In this document: in pieces, positions 10,135-20,861 of the stretch
Numbering within the stretch: the first letter of the stretch is position 1
Layout of the letters: each line of letters opens with the position of its first letter
Translations under genes and position numbers: made by a program
Notes under the pieces: generated by a model
Seen by the model: the letters and a program-made list of their open reading frames with translations, nothing else
Told to the model about the DNA's origin: nothing
Database searches by the model: none
NCBI GenBank assembly: GCA_964631685.1
Contig: CAZVZU010000001.1
Location: 224,001 to 288,000, forward strand
DNA: 64,000 bases
Direction: 5' to 3'
Origin: an uncultured Actinomycetes bacterium
GTDB taxonomy: Bacteria; SZUA-79; Acidulodesulfobacterales; Acidulodesulfobacteraceae

Positions 10135-10941
10135 ATGAATAGTACTAAGAAAGATGACAAAGCGCCACTGAATGATGTTTTTAAAATAGGAAAATATACA
10201 TTTAGGTCCAGGCTAATAGTTGGCACAGGAAAATATCCGGACTTCACGACAATGAAAAAATCAATGGATGTTTCCGGAGCAGAGATTATAACCGTAGCAG
10301 TCAGGCGGATAGATTTTAATAAAAAGGAGAATATGCTGTCATATATAGATCAAGACAGATTTACACTTTTGCCGAATACAGCAGGGTGTTACACGGCAGA
10401 CGATGCCGTTAATACACTGAGATTATCAAGAGAATTGGATGTTTTTAAGACAGATTTAGTAAAATTAGAAGTAATTGGTGATTCAAAAACTCTTTATCCT
10501 GATAACGAAGAATTATTAAAAGCTGCAAAAATATTAGTCAAAGAGGGTTTTACCGTCATGCCATACATGATGGACGATCCTGTTCTGGCAAAAAAATTAG
10601 AAGATATTGGATGTCCCGTTGTAATGCCCTTAGCGTCACCTATAGGTTCCGGTTTGGGAATTAGAAATCCTTATAACATAAGGATAATAAAGGAAACCGT
10701 ATCTATCCCAGTTATAGTTGACGCGGGAGTCGGTACGGCTTCTGATGCATGCAAAACGATGGAGCTTGGAGTTGACGGAATTCTTATTAATACGGCTATA
10801 GCAGGGTCCAGCGACCCGATAGGAATGGCTCTGGCAATGAAACATGCCGTGGAAGCCGGCAGGATTGCTTATCTCTCCGGTCGTATCCCTATGAAACTTT
10901 ATGCGCAAGCATCAACCCAAATGGAGGGAATTGTATATTGA
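10135..10941 (+). CDS. thiG: Thiazole synthase ThiG
   Basis: [43 protein letters not shown]. Confidence 0.97.
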   Translation: MNSTKKDDKAPLNDVFKIGKYTFRSRLIVGTGKYPDFTTMKKSMDVSGAEIITVAVRRIDFNKKENMLSYIDQDRFTLLPNTAGCYTADDAVNTLRLSRELDVFKTDLVKLEVIGDSKTLYPDNEELLKAAKILVKEGFTVMPYMMDDPVLAKKLEDIGCPVVMPLASPIGSGLGIRNPYNIRIIKETVSIPVIVDAGVGTASDACKTMELGVDGILINTAIAGSSDPIGMALAMKHAVEAGRIAYLSGRIPMKLYAQASTQMEGIVY

Positions 10942-11672
10942 GTTCTAAACCAACTTTAAGGCTAAATAAATTCCTTGCAAGCAGGACCGGCGTTTCAAGG
11001 AGAGAAGCTGATACACTGATAGAAGAAGGCAGAATTACTATAAACGGTCATAAGATTCAAAAACCCCCGGCATTCGTGGCTCCCGGAGATGAGGTGTTTT
11101 TTAATGGTAAGAAAATTATTTATAAAATGGAACCACTTGTTTATATAATGCTAAATAAGCCTCAAGGCTATATTACCGCCGTGAAATCAGAATCCGGCTT
11201 CAAAACGGTTATGGAATTAGTCAAAAAAAACACCTCAAGTTATAGGCATATTTTTCCTGTGGGCAGACTGGATTTTATGAGTGAAGGACTATTATTGCTA
11301 ACAAATGACGGCGATTTCACCTATAAAGTTACTCATCCAAAGTTTAATGTCATTAAGTCTTACATAGTGGAGATCAAGGGTATCCTTACAGACGAGCTTC
11401 TAAGGAAGATAAAGAAAGGGATAAATCTAAGGGAAACGGGCTTAATTAAACCTCAAAATGTCAGGACGGTTAGCAAAAAACAAGGAAGATTTGTCTTGTC
11501 CATAGATCTGAATCATGGTAAAAATAGAGAAATAAGAAGACTTTTAGAGTTTTTCAATCTTAAAATAATAATGCTTAAAAGGGTATCTATTGGGAAACTT
11601 TACATAGGAGACTTATCATCAGGACATTCCAGGATAATAAACAAAAATGTTGCCGAACTTGTTTTTAAATAA
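10938..11672 (+). CDS. rluB: rRNA pseudouridine synthase (RluB/RsuA family)
   Basis: S4 domain [36 protein letters not shown]. Confidence 0.85.
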   Translation: MSSKPTLRLNKFLASRTGVSRREADTLIEEGRITINGHKIQKPPAFVAPGDEVFFNGKKIIYKMEPLVYIMLNKPQGYITAVKSESGFKTVMELVKKNTSSYRHIFPVGRLDFMSEGLLLLTNDGDFTYKVTHPKFNVIKSYIVEIKGILTDELLRKIKKGINLRETGLIKPQNVRTVSKKQGRFVLSIDLNHGKNREIRRLLEFFNLKIIMLKRVSIGKLYIGDLSSGHSRIINKNVAELVFK

Positions 11673-11697
11673 CCTTCCCCTAGGCTATTTTTAACAA

Positions 11698-12528
11698 TTA
11701 CATGATGTTTGCTATTTTTGCTTTATATGTAGATGTACTGTTTCCAACAGGTAGTATATATATTTCCATAAACGGTTGCGCCTGCTCTAAATTTATCAAA
11801 ATCAACCTTGACATCTCAAGCAGAGCTAAAAAGTAGGTAAATAATTCATCCTTGGAGCTGGCATTCCTGACAATACCGGAAAGTGTAATTTTATCGGCTA
11901 TACCTAACTTATCCATTATTTCGATAATTTTACCTTTAATAGAAAAGTTTTCTTTTGTTACCTCATAGGTGTTTATTCTTTTTTGAGCTTCCGTTATTTT
12001 ATAGTAAAAATATTCCGCAAGAACAAAAATATTTGCTTCAAAAAGGGGTTCTTTCTCTTTTATTTGTCCAAGTTCAAAGGGCTTATCCTTAGCAAGTATA
12101 TTTATTTTAAATACATCCCGTCCCAAGACAGGTCTGCTATCTAAAAAATAGGCAACTTCCTTAACCTTTTGATATTCGATAAGCATATTTGCAAGTTCGG
12201 TCCTCGGATCAATACTTTCTTCTTCGTCTGCGCTCTCACCTTTATCGTAAGATGGAAGTAGCATTAAGGATTTAATATATATCAGTTGCGCTGCCATAAC
12301 GATAAACTCTCCGCTCGAATCAAGGTTAAAGCTATGCGAAATGAATTCATCCCTATTTTCATCAAACCCTATAATGCTCAGATATTGATTCGTAATCTCA
12401 ACGATTGGAATATCATAAATATTTATTTTATCTTTTTTTATGAGGGATAAAAGCAGATCCAACGGACCATCATAGGCCTGAAGACTCACATCGTTAAGGT
12501 TACTGTTTTCGGCGGGCATATGATGCAT
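11698..12528 (-). CDS. scpA: Segregation and condensation protein A
   Basis: YDGPLDLLL.LI...KINIYDIPI..IT.QYL; FLALLEM. Confidence 0.93.
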   Translation of the reverse strand: MHHMPAENSNLNDVSLQAYDGPLDLLLSLIKKDKINIYDIPIVEITNQYLSIIGFDENRDEFISHSFNLDSSGEFIVMAAQLIYIKSLMLLPSYDKGESADEEESIDPRTELANMLIEYQKVKEVAYFLDSRPVLGRDVFKINILAKDKPFELGQIKEKEPLFEANIFVLAEYFYYKITEAQKRINTYEVTKENFSIKGKIIEIMDKLGIADKITLSGIVRNASSKDELFTYFLALLEMSRLILINLEQAQPFMEIYILPVGNSTSTYKAKIANIM

Positions 12529-12548
12529 AACGTTTTAAATCTATAAAA

Positions 12549-13268
12549 TTATAAATTGCTTAAAACGAGATTATTTACAATAAAATTAAATAAAACAATT
12601 AAAAAATTACCCGGGTCTACGAAGAGCAATATAAGAATTATAAATATTCCAAACGGCTCTATTCGCATTAGGTAGCTCGAAAAAGGCTCGGGCAATACAC
12701 TGACCGCTATTCTCCCCCCATCTAAGGGCGGAATGGGTATCAGATTAAAAAAACCAAGTATTAGGTTTATCATTATGCTTATAAAAAGCATAAACGTTAC
12801 GGGATAAATGAAAAATTTAAAAAAGGAACTCCCCGCTACAGTCTGAAACTGGAAATGGCTTATAAAATAGGTAAGATAAATATCCATTACGGGAAAATTC
12901 GCAAGAATTAATTTCAAAAATGCAAACGAAATCAAGGCAAGTAAAAAATTTGTAACAGGACCAGCAGCAGCAACAAACCCCGTATCTCTTTTGGGATTTT
13001 TTAGACCGCCAAAATTAACGGGAACAGGTTTTGCATAACCAAACAAAAAAGGGGAGCCTATAAAAATCAAAAGCGCAGGAAGCAAAATAGTTCCGAAGGG
13101 ATCTATATGTTTTATCGGATTAAGCGTAAGCCTGCCCGCATTTTTTGCCGTATCGTCGCCAAATAGGTGGGCCACATAGCCGTGAGAAACCTCATGTAGT
13201 ATTATTGCAAATAGAACGGGGATTATCGCGATTACTAGAAGCTGAATAGTATTGTCCATGGCATCCAA
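12549..13268 (-). CDS. Site-2 protease (M50 family)
   Basis: HEVSH, GRLTLNP, AAAGP, FNLIPIPPLDG. Confidence 0.93.
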   Translation of the reverse strand: MDAMDNTIQLLVIAIIPVLFAIILHEVSHGYVAHLFGDDTAKNAGRLTLNPIKHIDPFGTILLPALLIFIGSPFLFGYAKPVPVNFGGLKNPKRDTGFVAAAGPVTNFLLALISFAFLKLILANFPVMDIYLTYFISHFQFQTVAGSSFFKFFIYPVTFMLFISIMINLILGFFNLIPIPPLDGGRIAVSVLPEPFSSYLMRIEPFGIFIILILLFVDPGNFLIVLFNFIVNNLVLSNL

Positions 13269-13365
13269 AAAGGTTACTGTTTTTAAAAATTGTTTTATTT
13301 ATTATATAATGATTAAATAAAATAAATCAAGCATCTAAGTAACCTTAAAATCATAAGCGGAAGTT

Positions 13366-15693
13366 ATGGAGAAAGATTATATGAACGAAGTTCGGTACAG
13401 ACCCCCCTCATTATTCGATAAATTAAACGATAAGGTTTTTCCATTTATCCAAAAACCAGCAAGATATTTGGGCATAGAACAAGGTATTACAGGGAAAGAT
13501 ATTAAAAATTTACACGTAAAATATGCCCTTGCATTTCCCGATTTCTACGAATTAGGAATGAGCCATATTGGAATGGGAATAATATACGATATATTAAACT
13601 CTAAGGATTATATAGCGTGCGAAAGAGTGTACTTGCCTTATCCTGATATGAATGCAAAATTAAAAGAAAACGAAATCCCTCTTTTTTCCTTAGAATCGTT
13701 TGAGGAAATAAAAAAATTCGATATTTTAGGATTTTCTTTGCAGTATGAACTTTCTTATACCAATATATTATCCATGTTGGAATCATCTGGTATTCCAATT
13801 CTTGCGGGAGAAAGGGATTGTACCGATCCGCTGATCGGAGCGGGTGGACCTTGCGCCTTTAACCCTTTACCCCTAAACGATTTTATGGATTTTTTCATAA
13901 TAGGAGACGGTGAAATTACAACTATTTTAGTTTGCGACGCAGTTCTAGAGGCTAAAAAAGAGCTTAAAAATGGTCTTATAACCAAAAATGATTTTAGAGA
14001 CAATGTGAAAAAAAAGCTCAGCAAAATAAGGGGCGTCTATGTTCCTAATTATTCAAAAAATGTAAAGAAATCGATATATTATGATTTAAATTTAATGGGT
14101 TACATTAATAAAAATATTGTTCCTGTAATTGAAACAGTACATAACAGATTTTCAGTCGAGATAGCTAGGGGTTGCTCATCTGGATGCAGATTCTGTCAGG
14201 CAGGCTACATTTATCGGCCTGTTAGAGAAAGAAAAAAGGACACGGTTGCGAAGATAATTAAAGAAGGCATTGAGTCCACTGGTTTTAACGAAATATCGTT
14301 ATCATCTCTATCAACAGGTGATTACTCGGATATTGGCGGATTACTGGATGAATTATCGTGTCTAAGCGAAAATGATCACATATCAATGTCCTTTCCTTCT
14401 ATGAGGATAGGTTCCCTTAGCGAAAAAATCTTAGGGAAGACTGCGGAGGTTAAGAAGACTAATTTCACCCTTGCCCCTGAAGCAGGGACACAACGGCTCA
14501 GGAATATAATAAACAAAAATATATCTGAATATGACCTGCTCGAAGAGGTTAAAAACTTGTCTAGAAAGGGATTTAAAAAGCTAAAATTATATTTTATGAT
14601 TGGGTTACCTTACGAAAGAATTTCCGATATAGACGGCATTAAAAATCTTGTTTTAAGGATTAAAAAGGCTTCTAATGGGAGCCTTAATATTACGGTCAAT
14701 GTTAATAATTTCGTTCCGAAACCGCACACTCCCTTTCAATGGCACCCTATGAATACGATACCTGAACTTAATTTCAAGATCAATTATTTAAAAAAATTAC
14801 TGAGATCCGCCAAGGTAAATTTCAGATACCAGAATCCTAAGGTCAGTTTCATAGAGGGACTAATCTCGAGGGGCGACGGATTCACCTCAAAAATTATATA
14901 TGAAGCGTATAAATTAGGAGCAGTTTATGACAGCGAAATAAAGCTATTTAATTATAATGCATGGGTTAAGGCAATGCAGTATTCCAGTGATGAAATGGGC
15001 AACAATGATATAATGAACCATTACCTTTATGACGATAAAGATTTGAATAAGTCGTTACCGTGGGACATTGTAGATACATTGGTCGATAAGGATTATCTTA
15101 AAGATGAATTTAAAAAGGCATATAAGCTAAATGCAATATCCATGTATGATTTTGATTCAAAAACCGTAAAATACGATAAAAATAGCATACAAGAAAAACT
15201 ATCTACAGAAAATTGCAGAACAGTTTGCCATTTATGCGGAGTTTGCGATTTTGAAGAAATAAGTCCTGTTTATTCAACAAAGACCGGGGACGGAAATATT
15301 AAAATGCCGGAAATACAAAAACAGGAAAATACCGGCAAACATAGTCAAATTGACAGTAACAAACGATTAATCAAACTTTTAATAAGATATTCCAAGAGAG
15401 GGTGTATTAAGTATCTCGGGCATTTGGAAACTTCCAAAATACTACTAAGGGTTTTTAGAATCGTAAAACTCCCTATTGCATATAAAGAATCAAGGTTTAA
15501 CCCAAGGCCAAAAGTCAGTTATTCTAATCCTATACCGTTTATGAGCGAAAGTGACAATTTATATTTAACAGTCAATATCAAGAATAAACCATCGGGAGGA
15601 ACAGGCCACTTAAAAGATGCGCTTAATGATTACTTGCCGGACGGATTAAGGGTGTTAGACATAACAGAGGTGGAAACGGGCTTTAAAGTATAA
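13366..15693 (+). CDS. TIGR03960-type B12-binding radical SAM fused to a TIGR03936-type C-terminal domain
   Basis: KPARY, FPDFYELGMSH, EIARGCSSGCRFCQAG, APEAG, PKPHTPFQW; C-terminal KYLGHLE...FNPRPK. Confidence 0.88.
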   Translation: MEKDYMNEVRYRPPSLFDKLNDKVFPFIQKPARYLGIEQGITGKDIKNLHVKYALAFPDFYELGMSHIGMGIIYDILNSKDYIACERVYLPYPDMNAKLKENEIPLFSLESFEEIKKFDILGFSLQYELSYTNILSMLESSGIPILAGERDCTDPLIGAGGPCAFNPLPLNDFMDFFIIGDGEITTILVCDAVLEAKKELKNGLITKNDFRDNVKKKLSKIRGVYVPNYSKNVKKSIYYDLNLMGYINKNIVPVIETVHNRFSVEIARGCSSGCRFCQAGYIYRPVRERKKDTVAKIIKEGIESTGFNEISLSSLSTGDYSDIGGLLDELSCLSENDHISMSFPSMRIGSLSEKILGKTAEVKKTNFTLAPEAGTQRLRNIINKNISEYDLLEEVKNLSRKGFKKLKLYFMIGLPYERISDIDGIKNLVLRIKKASNGSLNITVNVNNFVPKPHTPFQWHPMNTIPELNFKINYLKKLLRSAKVNFRYQNPKVSFIEGLISRGDGFTSKIIYEAYKLGAVYDSEIKLFNYNAWVKAMQYSSDEMGNNDIMNHYLYDDKDLNKSLPWDIVDTLVDKDYLKDEFKKAYKLNAISMYDFDSKTVKYDKNSIQEKLSTENCRTVCHLCGVCDFEEISPVYSTKTGDGNIKMPEIQKQENTGKHSQIDSNKRLIKLLIRYSKRGCIKYLGHLETSKILLRVFRIVKLPIAYKESRFNPRPKVSYSNPIPFMSESDNLYLTVNIKNKPSGGTGHLKDALNDYLPDGLRVLDITEVETGFKV

Positions 15694-15762
15694 TACAAAA
15701 ATTTATTTGCAAAACCGGATTGTTGCGTAGATATAATTGAGTCGTATTTTACCTACACACAA

Positions 15763-15791
15763 TTGATTTGAGCCGTACAATGAGATATAAT
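15763..15791 (+). promoter_or_regulatory. Sigma70-type promoter of rubrerythrin
   Basis: TTGATT-17 nt-TATAAT. Confidence 0.5.
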
Positions 15792-15864
15792 ATAGAAACT
15801 AGTTGTGGTTTTGCAATATGTTTTTTATTAACTTTAATTAAATTTAAACTGGAGGATGTAGGTT

Positions 15865-16293
15865 ATGGCTAAAACACTACAAGGAACAAAAACATTAGAA
15901 AATTTAAAAGCCGCATGTGCCGGTGAATCGGAGGCAAATAGGAGGTACTTATATTTCGGAAAAGAAGCTGATATACAGGGATATCCAGATGTAGCCAATA
16001 ATTTTAGAGAAACCGGAGAAGGCGAAACAGGACATGCCTTTGGGCATCTCGATTACTTAAAAAAATACGGAGGCGGAGACCCCGCTACAGGTAAACCCAT
16101 AGGCACACTAAAGGAGATGCTTGAATCCTCGTTGGCCGGCGAGACTTACGAATATACAGAAATGTATCCGGGATTCGCCAAGACGGCGAAAGAAGAAGGC
16201 TTTGAAGATATCGCATCATGGTTTGAAACCCTTGCTAAAGCCGAAAAATCACACGCTGCAAGATTTAGCAAGATTATAGACGATTTTAAATAA
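15865..16293 (+). CDS. rbr: Rubrerythrin (short form, no rubredoxin domain)
   Basis: [34 protein letters not shown] di-iron motifs. Confidence 0.93.
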   Translation: MAKTLQGTKTLENLKAACAGESEANRRYLYFGKEADIQGYPDVANNFRETGEGETGHAFGHLDYLKKYGGGDPATGKPIGTLKEMLESSLAGETYEYTEMYPGFAKTAKEEGFEDIASWFETLAKAEKSHAARFSKIIDDFK

Positions 16294-16338
16294 TGTCACT
16301 AAAAAATTAAAGAAATATTTTAATCGCGGGGCTTACTT

Positions 16339-17643
16339 ATGTATAAGACGGATGCCGATCCTAAGATTACTCAAAATTTCGATATAAGAAATACTGACTT
16401 TTTAAACGAAGCTAATCTTTTTAATGAGATTAAAAGGGTATATTTAAAGTGCATGAGTTGTAGATTGTGCATAGGGTTTTGTCCGTCTTTCCCCGCTCTT
16501 TTCGACGCTGTGGATAATAAAAACGATGATATCAATGCCTTAACCAAGGAAGAAATTATTAAACCCCTTGAGATTTGTTTTTATTGCAAGCAGTGCTATT
16601 TTAAATGCCCATTTACACCTCCCCATGAATGGAATGTAGATTTCCCCCATTTGGCATTGAGATACAAAGTATTTAAGTTTGAGCAAGAAGGGGCGCGCAT
16701 ACAAGATAAATTACTTGCCGACACGGATAAAATGGGAAAAAAATCTATTCCTATGGCATCCATTGTAAACAAACTCAATAATACAAAGTTATTTCGTTAT
16801 CTCATAGAACCAATTATGGGAATAGACAAGAGAGCAAAGGTTCCATCATTTAATAAGATTAGTTTTGAGAAATGGTTTTATAACAATTACAAAATTAATA
16901 ATACCGCTTCCGATAAAAATAATTACAACGGCAAGGCCGTTCTGTTCTACACATGTATGCTAAATTATAATTTCTTAGACCGAGGTATCGCATTAATAAA
17001 AGTTCTTGAAAAAAACAACATATATGTCGAACTTCCCGATATTCAGTGTTGCGGTATACCATATTACGACATTGGAGATATTAATAGTTCCATTAAGAAG
17101 GCAAGATATAACATTAAGAGTTTAAAGAAATATGTCGAGGATGGCTTTGATATAATCGTTCCCGTTCCGACGTGCGCAATGCAAATAAAACATGAGTATC
17201 CATTATTGTTACCCGATTCGGTAGATGCTACTATGATCGCAAACAAAACCTTTGATATTCACGAATATTTGTACCGTCTGCACCAGGACGGAAAATTTAA
17301 TACCGATTTTAAAAAGTCCATGGGTAAAATAGGATATCATATCTCATGTCACTTAAAATCGTTAAATGTCGGATATAAAGCATTAAATCTCCTGAGACTT
17401 ATCCCTGAGACGGATGTCCAAATTATTGAAAAATGTTCAGGACACGACGGAACATTCGGGGTGAAGAAGGAAACTTTCGATTATGCGGTAAATGTAGGTA
17501 AAAGTCTGTTTGAAGATATTAACTCAATGAACATGGACTACTATATATCTGATTGTCCGTTGGCATCCGACCAGATAGAAATGAATACCAGTAAAAAGGT
17601 TTTACATCCTATTGAAATATTATTCGAGGCTTATTCGGCATAA
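16339..17643 (+). CDS. Rubrerythrin-associated Fe-S oxidoreductase (GlpC-like, CCG domains)
   Basis: CMSCRLC..FCPSF, CFYCKQC..KCP..PPHEW, QCCG, CSGHDG, SDCP. Confidence 0.88.
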   Translation: MYKTDADPKITQNFDIRNTDFLNEANLFNEIKRVYLKCMSCRLCIGFCPSFPALFDAVDNKNDDINALTKEEIIKPLEICFYCKQCYFKCPFTPPHEWNVDFPHLALRYKVFKFEQEGARIQDKLLADTDKMGKKSIPMASIVNKLNNTKLFRYLIEPIMGIDKRAKVPSFNKISFEKWFYNNYKINNTASDKNNYNGKAVLFYTCMLNYNFLDRGIALIKVLEKNNIYVELPDIQCCGIPYYDIGDINSSIKKARYNIKSLKKYVEDGFDIIVPVPTCAMQIKHEYPLLLPDSVDATMIANKTFDIHEYLYRLHQDGKFNTDFKKSMGKIGYHISCHLKSLNVGYKALNLLRLIPETDVQIIEKCSGHDGTFGVKKETFDYAVNVGKSLFEDINSMNMDYYISDCPLASDQIEMNTSKKVLHPIEILFEAYSA

Positions 17644-17773
17644 AAAAATATAAGCATTAGATTTACACTTGACAAAAAATTGAATAGTTGTAATATACAG
17701 TAACGTGATGTTTTATACGCATATACGTTCATATTTGTTGTAATATTTAATTTTAAAATTCGGGGGAAAAATC

Positions 17774-18301
17774 TTGAAAACAAAAAAAGGATTAACTGTT
17801 CTCTTTACCACTTTGTTTGTCTTATTTATAAGTGTCGGACTTTACGGATGCACACAACAAAAATCGTTGAAAACTAGTTCCGCAAAAAAAGTAACTGTTA
17901 AAACCACTACGCCGGCGGCTACTCATAAAACTGCCCCAATGATATCTAACGGTATGAATACAACTGGTAAGATGGCGGCACCTATGAATAAAAGTACAAA
18001 TAAGGTTGCAGAGCCCATAACCCACAAGGTTGTCAAAAAAATCAGTTCTAAAAATTTAGAAGTGGCAGCAATGAAGATCATCAACGCTCAAAGTTGCTTG
18101 GGTTGTCATGTAATAAACGGTAAGGGCGGTTCTATAGGGCCTAATTTATCAAAAGAAGGAAACAAAGGACGCTCTATTAATTGGCTCGAGGTGCAAATTA
18201 ATACTCCAAAGGTTCATAGCCCCAATACAATGATGCCAAATCATAATTTGAATTCAACACAACTTAAAACTCTAGCGGAGTATCTTAATTCATTAAAATA
18301 A
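17774..18301 (+). CDS. Monoheme cytochrome c lipoprotein
   Basis: Lipobox LYGC, Thr/Lys-rich linker, CLGCH heme motif, GPNL, MP axial ligand. Confidence 0.85.
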   Translation: MKTKKGLTVLFTTLFVLFISVGLYGCTQQKSLKTSSAKKVTVKTTTPAATHKTAPMISNGMNTTGKMAAPMNKSTNKVAEPITHKVVKKISSKNLEVAAMKIINAQSCLGCHVINGKGGSIGPNLSKEGNKGRSINWLEVQINTPKVHSPNTMMPNHNLNSTQLKTLAEYLNSLK

Positions 18302-18336
18302 GTATAATTTAAAATAATATCTTCTTAATTATTTTT

Positions 18337-18378
18337 ATAGGCATCTTTTCTCGTTAAGCCGAAAAGATGCCTATTTTT
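18337..18378 (+). terminator. Rho-independent terminator
   Basis: 14-bp stem ATAGGCATCTTTTC/GAAAAGATGCCTAT followed by a T tract. Confidence 0.8.
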
Positions 18379-18395
18379 GCGATACCTAGTGTGTT

Positions 18396-19487
18396 ATGAA
18401 AGATAAAAAAATATTTTACATATTACTTCTTATAATAGCTATATTAGTGACGGCTATTTTTTTATACAAGAATTTATCGGGCATAAATAAATCATATAGA
18501 TCTGCCAGGGGAACTATTGGTAAACTCGAAACAATAAAGTCTACAAAATATCAAAGGTTCAAAAAATTCTGGGTTAACGTGTACGATAATCTTCAAAATA
18601 AGAAACTGCAATATATCATAAAACCATTATATAACGACAAAGTAAATAAGATAGAAACATACGATTTAACCCTGACATCTTATGACGGTTTAAAGCTAAA
18701 GGGTTATTTTGCTATTCCTTACGGCGTTAAGGGTAAAAAGTATCCGGGAGTACTCTTATTACACGGTTATAGCTCATATGGAACGCCCGGATGGGCACAT
18801 TTCTTTGCAATAAGGGGTTACGCCGCTCTTTCCATAGATGTAAGAGGGCACGGAAGAAGCAAATCGGTTTATAATCCAGGTTTTCCTGGGCTTATGACCG
18901 ATGGAATTTTAAATGTAAGAACATTTTCTATGTTTAAGATAATAATGGATTCATTGGCATCGCTAAAATTTTTAGAACATTTTACAAATATAAATCATAA
19001 ACTTATATTTGTAACTGGCGGAAGTATGGGCGGGGGTATATCCCTAATAGATGCATCCATAGATAGCCATGTTGTGGCCGCTGCCGGGGACGTTCCATTC
19101 TTGAGTGATATTCCCATTCAGATGCCTCTGGCTAAAATGGGTCCTTATATGGAAGTAAAAGAATATCTAAAAAAACACCCCAACGATAAAAGTAAAGTAT
19201 TGCGATCGCTCTATTATGTAGATGTAAAAAATTTTGCAGTAGATATAAAATCACCGGTCCTTATGGGAATAGGGCTTAAAGATGAAGATTGTCCTCCCGA
19301 GGGTAGTTTTGCCGTTTACAAGCTGATTAAGTCAAAGAAGTATATATTCATTGCCAAAAATAGCGGGCATGTTGTTTTGCCCGGCTGGAATGAAGCAGTG
19401 TTTAAATTTTTTGCTCAATTTATTCCAAACGCACGAGAAAATAGTTTTAGTCTAAATAAAAATGTAAACAAAAGGAAAATTTTATGA
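18396..19487 (+). CDS. Acetylxylan esterase/cephalosporin-C deacetylase-like alpha/beta hydrolase (CE7) with N-terminal anchor
   Basis: HGY, DVRGHG, GGSMGGG nucleophile, VPFLSD, GL.D..CPP, GH. Confidence 0.82.
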   Translation: MKDKKIFYILLLIIAILVTAIFLYKNLSGINKSYRSARGTIGKLETIKSTKYQRFKKFWVNVYDNLQNKKLQYIIKPLYNDKVNKIETYDLTLTSYDGLKLKGYFAIPYGVKGKKYPGVLLLHGYSSYGTPGWAHFFAIRGYAALSIDVRGHGRSKSVYNPGFPGLMTDGILNVRTFSMFKIIMDSLASLKFLEHFTNINHKLIFVTGGSMGGGISLIDASIDSHVVAAAGDVPFLSDIPIQMPLAKMGPYMEVKEYLKKHPNDKSKVLRSLYYVDVKNFAVDIKSPVLMGIGLKDEDCPPEGSFAVYKLIKSKKYIFIAKNSGHVVLPGWNEAVFKFFAQFIPNARENSFSLNKNVNKRKIL

Positions 19488-20773
19488 ATCATACCAAGAG
19501 TACAAATGTGGTTAGGCTTGCCGAAACATTAATGCCTGGTGGGGTTAACAGCCCTGTCAGAGCCTTCAAATCTGTAGATTTTTCTCCAATTATAATCAGT
19601 AGGGCAAAAGAAAGTAGAATTTTCGATATAGATGGTAATGAATATATTGATTACGTAATGTCTTACGGTCCAATGATATTGGGGCATGCCGACGATCGCA
19701 TAATCAAGGCCATAACGGGTGCATCAGTCAACGGATTTAGTTTTGGAGCAACAACGGAAGCAGAGGTAGAACTCGCCGGCTTAATTACTAAAAACGTTTC
19801 TTCTATGGAAATGGTCAGGCTGGTCAATTCCGGCACAGAAGCAGTAATGAGCGCACTAAGGCTTGCAAGGGGATATACTGAAAAGGATAAAATTATAAAA
19901 TTCGAGGGATGCTATCATGGACATTCAGATTTAATGCTTGTCAAAGCAGGGTCTGGGGCCCTTACAATGTCAACGCCGTCAAGCGCTGGAATTACCGAAT
20001 GTCCCTCCAAGAATACGCTTGTTGCAAGCTATAACGATATAGAATCCGTCAAAAAGATATTTCAAAAGAATAAAGGAAACATTGCAGGGATAATAATAGA
20101 ACCCGTTGCTGCAAATATGGGCGTTGTTCTGCCTAAAGAGGGCTTTCTAAGCGATTTAATGGATTTAGCGCATGAAAACAACTCCCTTATTATCTTCGAT
20201 GAGGTCATAACAGGTTTCAGATTATCGATGGGAGGAGCACAAGGTTTATTTGATTTAAAACCGGATATCACATGTCTTGGTAAGATAATTGGTGGAGGGC
20301 TACCTATTGGTGCTTTTGGCGGCAAAAGGGATATTATGGAATACCTTTCACCGATCGGCCCTGTTTACCAAGCAGGAACGCTTTCCGGAAACCCTATATG
20401 CGTAGCCTCCGGTATTGCAACATTAAAAGCCATGAAGGAGGACAACGCTATATCAAAGGCAAACGAAGCATTGGATTATATGGTTTCAAACTTAAAGAAT
20501 GAACTTAAGGGCAGGCTTGGGGATGGAATTGCAATAAACAGCATATCATCGATTCTCACGATATTTTTTAAGAAGGGGAGTGTTGGTAATTTTAGCGAAG
20601 TTATGCAGTCGGACACAAATGCATTTAAAAAATTCTTCGGCATGATACTAAATGAGGGATTATTTGTAGCACCATCACAGTATGAGGCTATGTTTTTGAG
20701 TTCCAGACATACAAAGGACGACCTGGATAAGACCATTTTGATTATCAAAAAAGCAATAGAAAAACTTTTTTGA
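19484..20773 (+). CDS. hemL: Glutamate-1-semialdehyde 2,1-aminomutase
   Basis: MPGGVNSPVRAF, NSGTEA, FEGCYHGH, FDEVITGFR, GKIIGGGLP. Confidence 0.97.
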   Translation: MNHTKSTNVVRLAETLMPGGVNSPVRAFKSVDFSPIIISRAKESRIFDIDGNEYIDYVMSYGPMILGHADDRIIKAITGASVNGFSFGATTEAEVELAGLITKNVSSMEMVRLVNSGTEAVMSALRLARGYTEKDKIIKFEGCYHGHSDLMLVKAGSGALTMSTPSSAGITECPSKNTLVASYNDIESVKKIFQKNKGNIAGIIIEPVAANMGVVLPKEGFLSDLMDLAHENNSLIIFDEVITGFRLSMGGAQGLFDLKPDITCLGKIIGGGLPIGAFGGKRDIMEYLSPIGPVYQAGTLSGNPICVASGIATLKAMKEDNAISKANEALDYMVSNLKNELKGRLGDGIAINSISSILTIFFKKGSVGNFSEVMQSDTNAFKKFFGMILNEGLFVAPSQYEAMFLSSRHTKDDLDKTILIIKKAIEKLF

Positions 20774-20861
20774 AAATCAAAATGCCGAGTCTAATAGTTA
20801 ATATGACACCCTCCGACAGGGGCAATTTTAACATTATAGCCATACTATTCAGGAGAACGTT

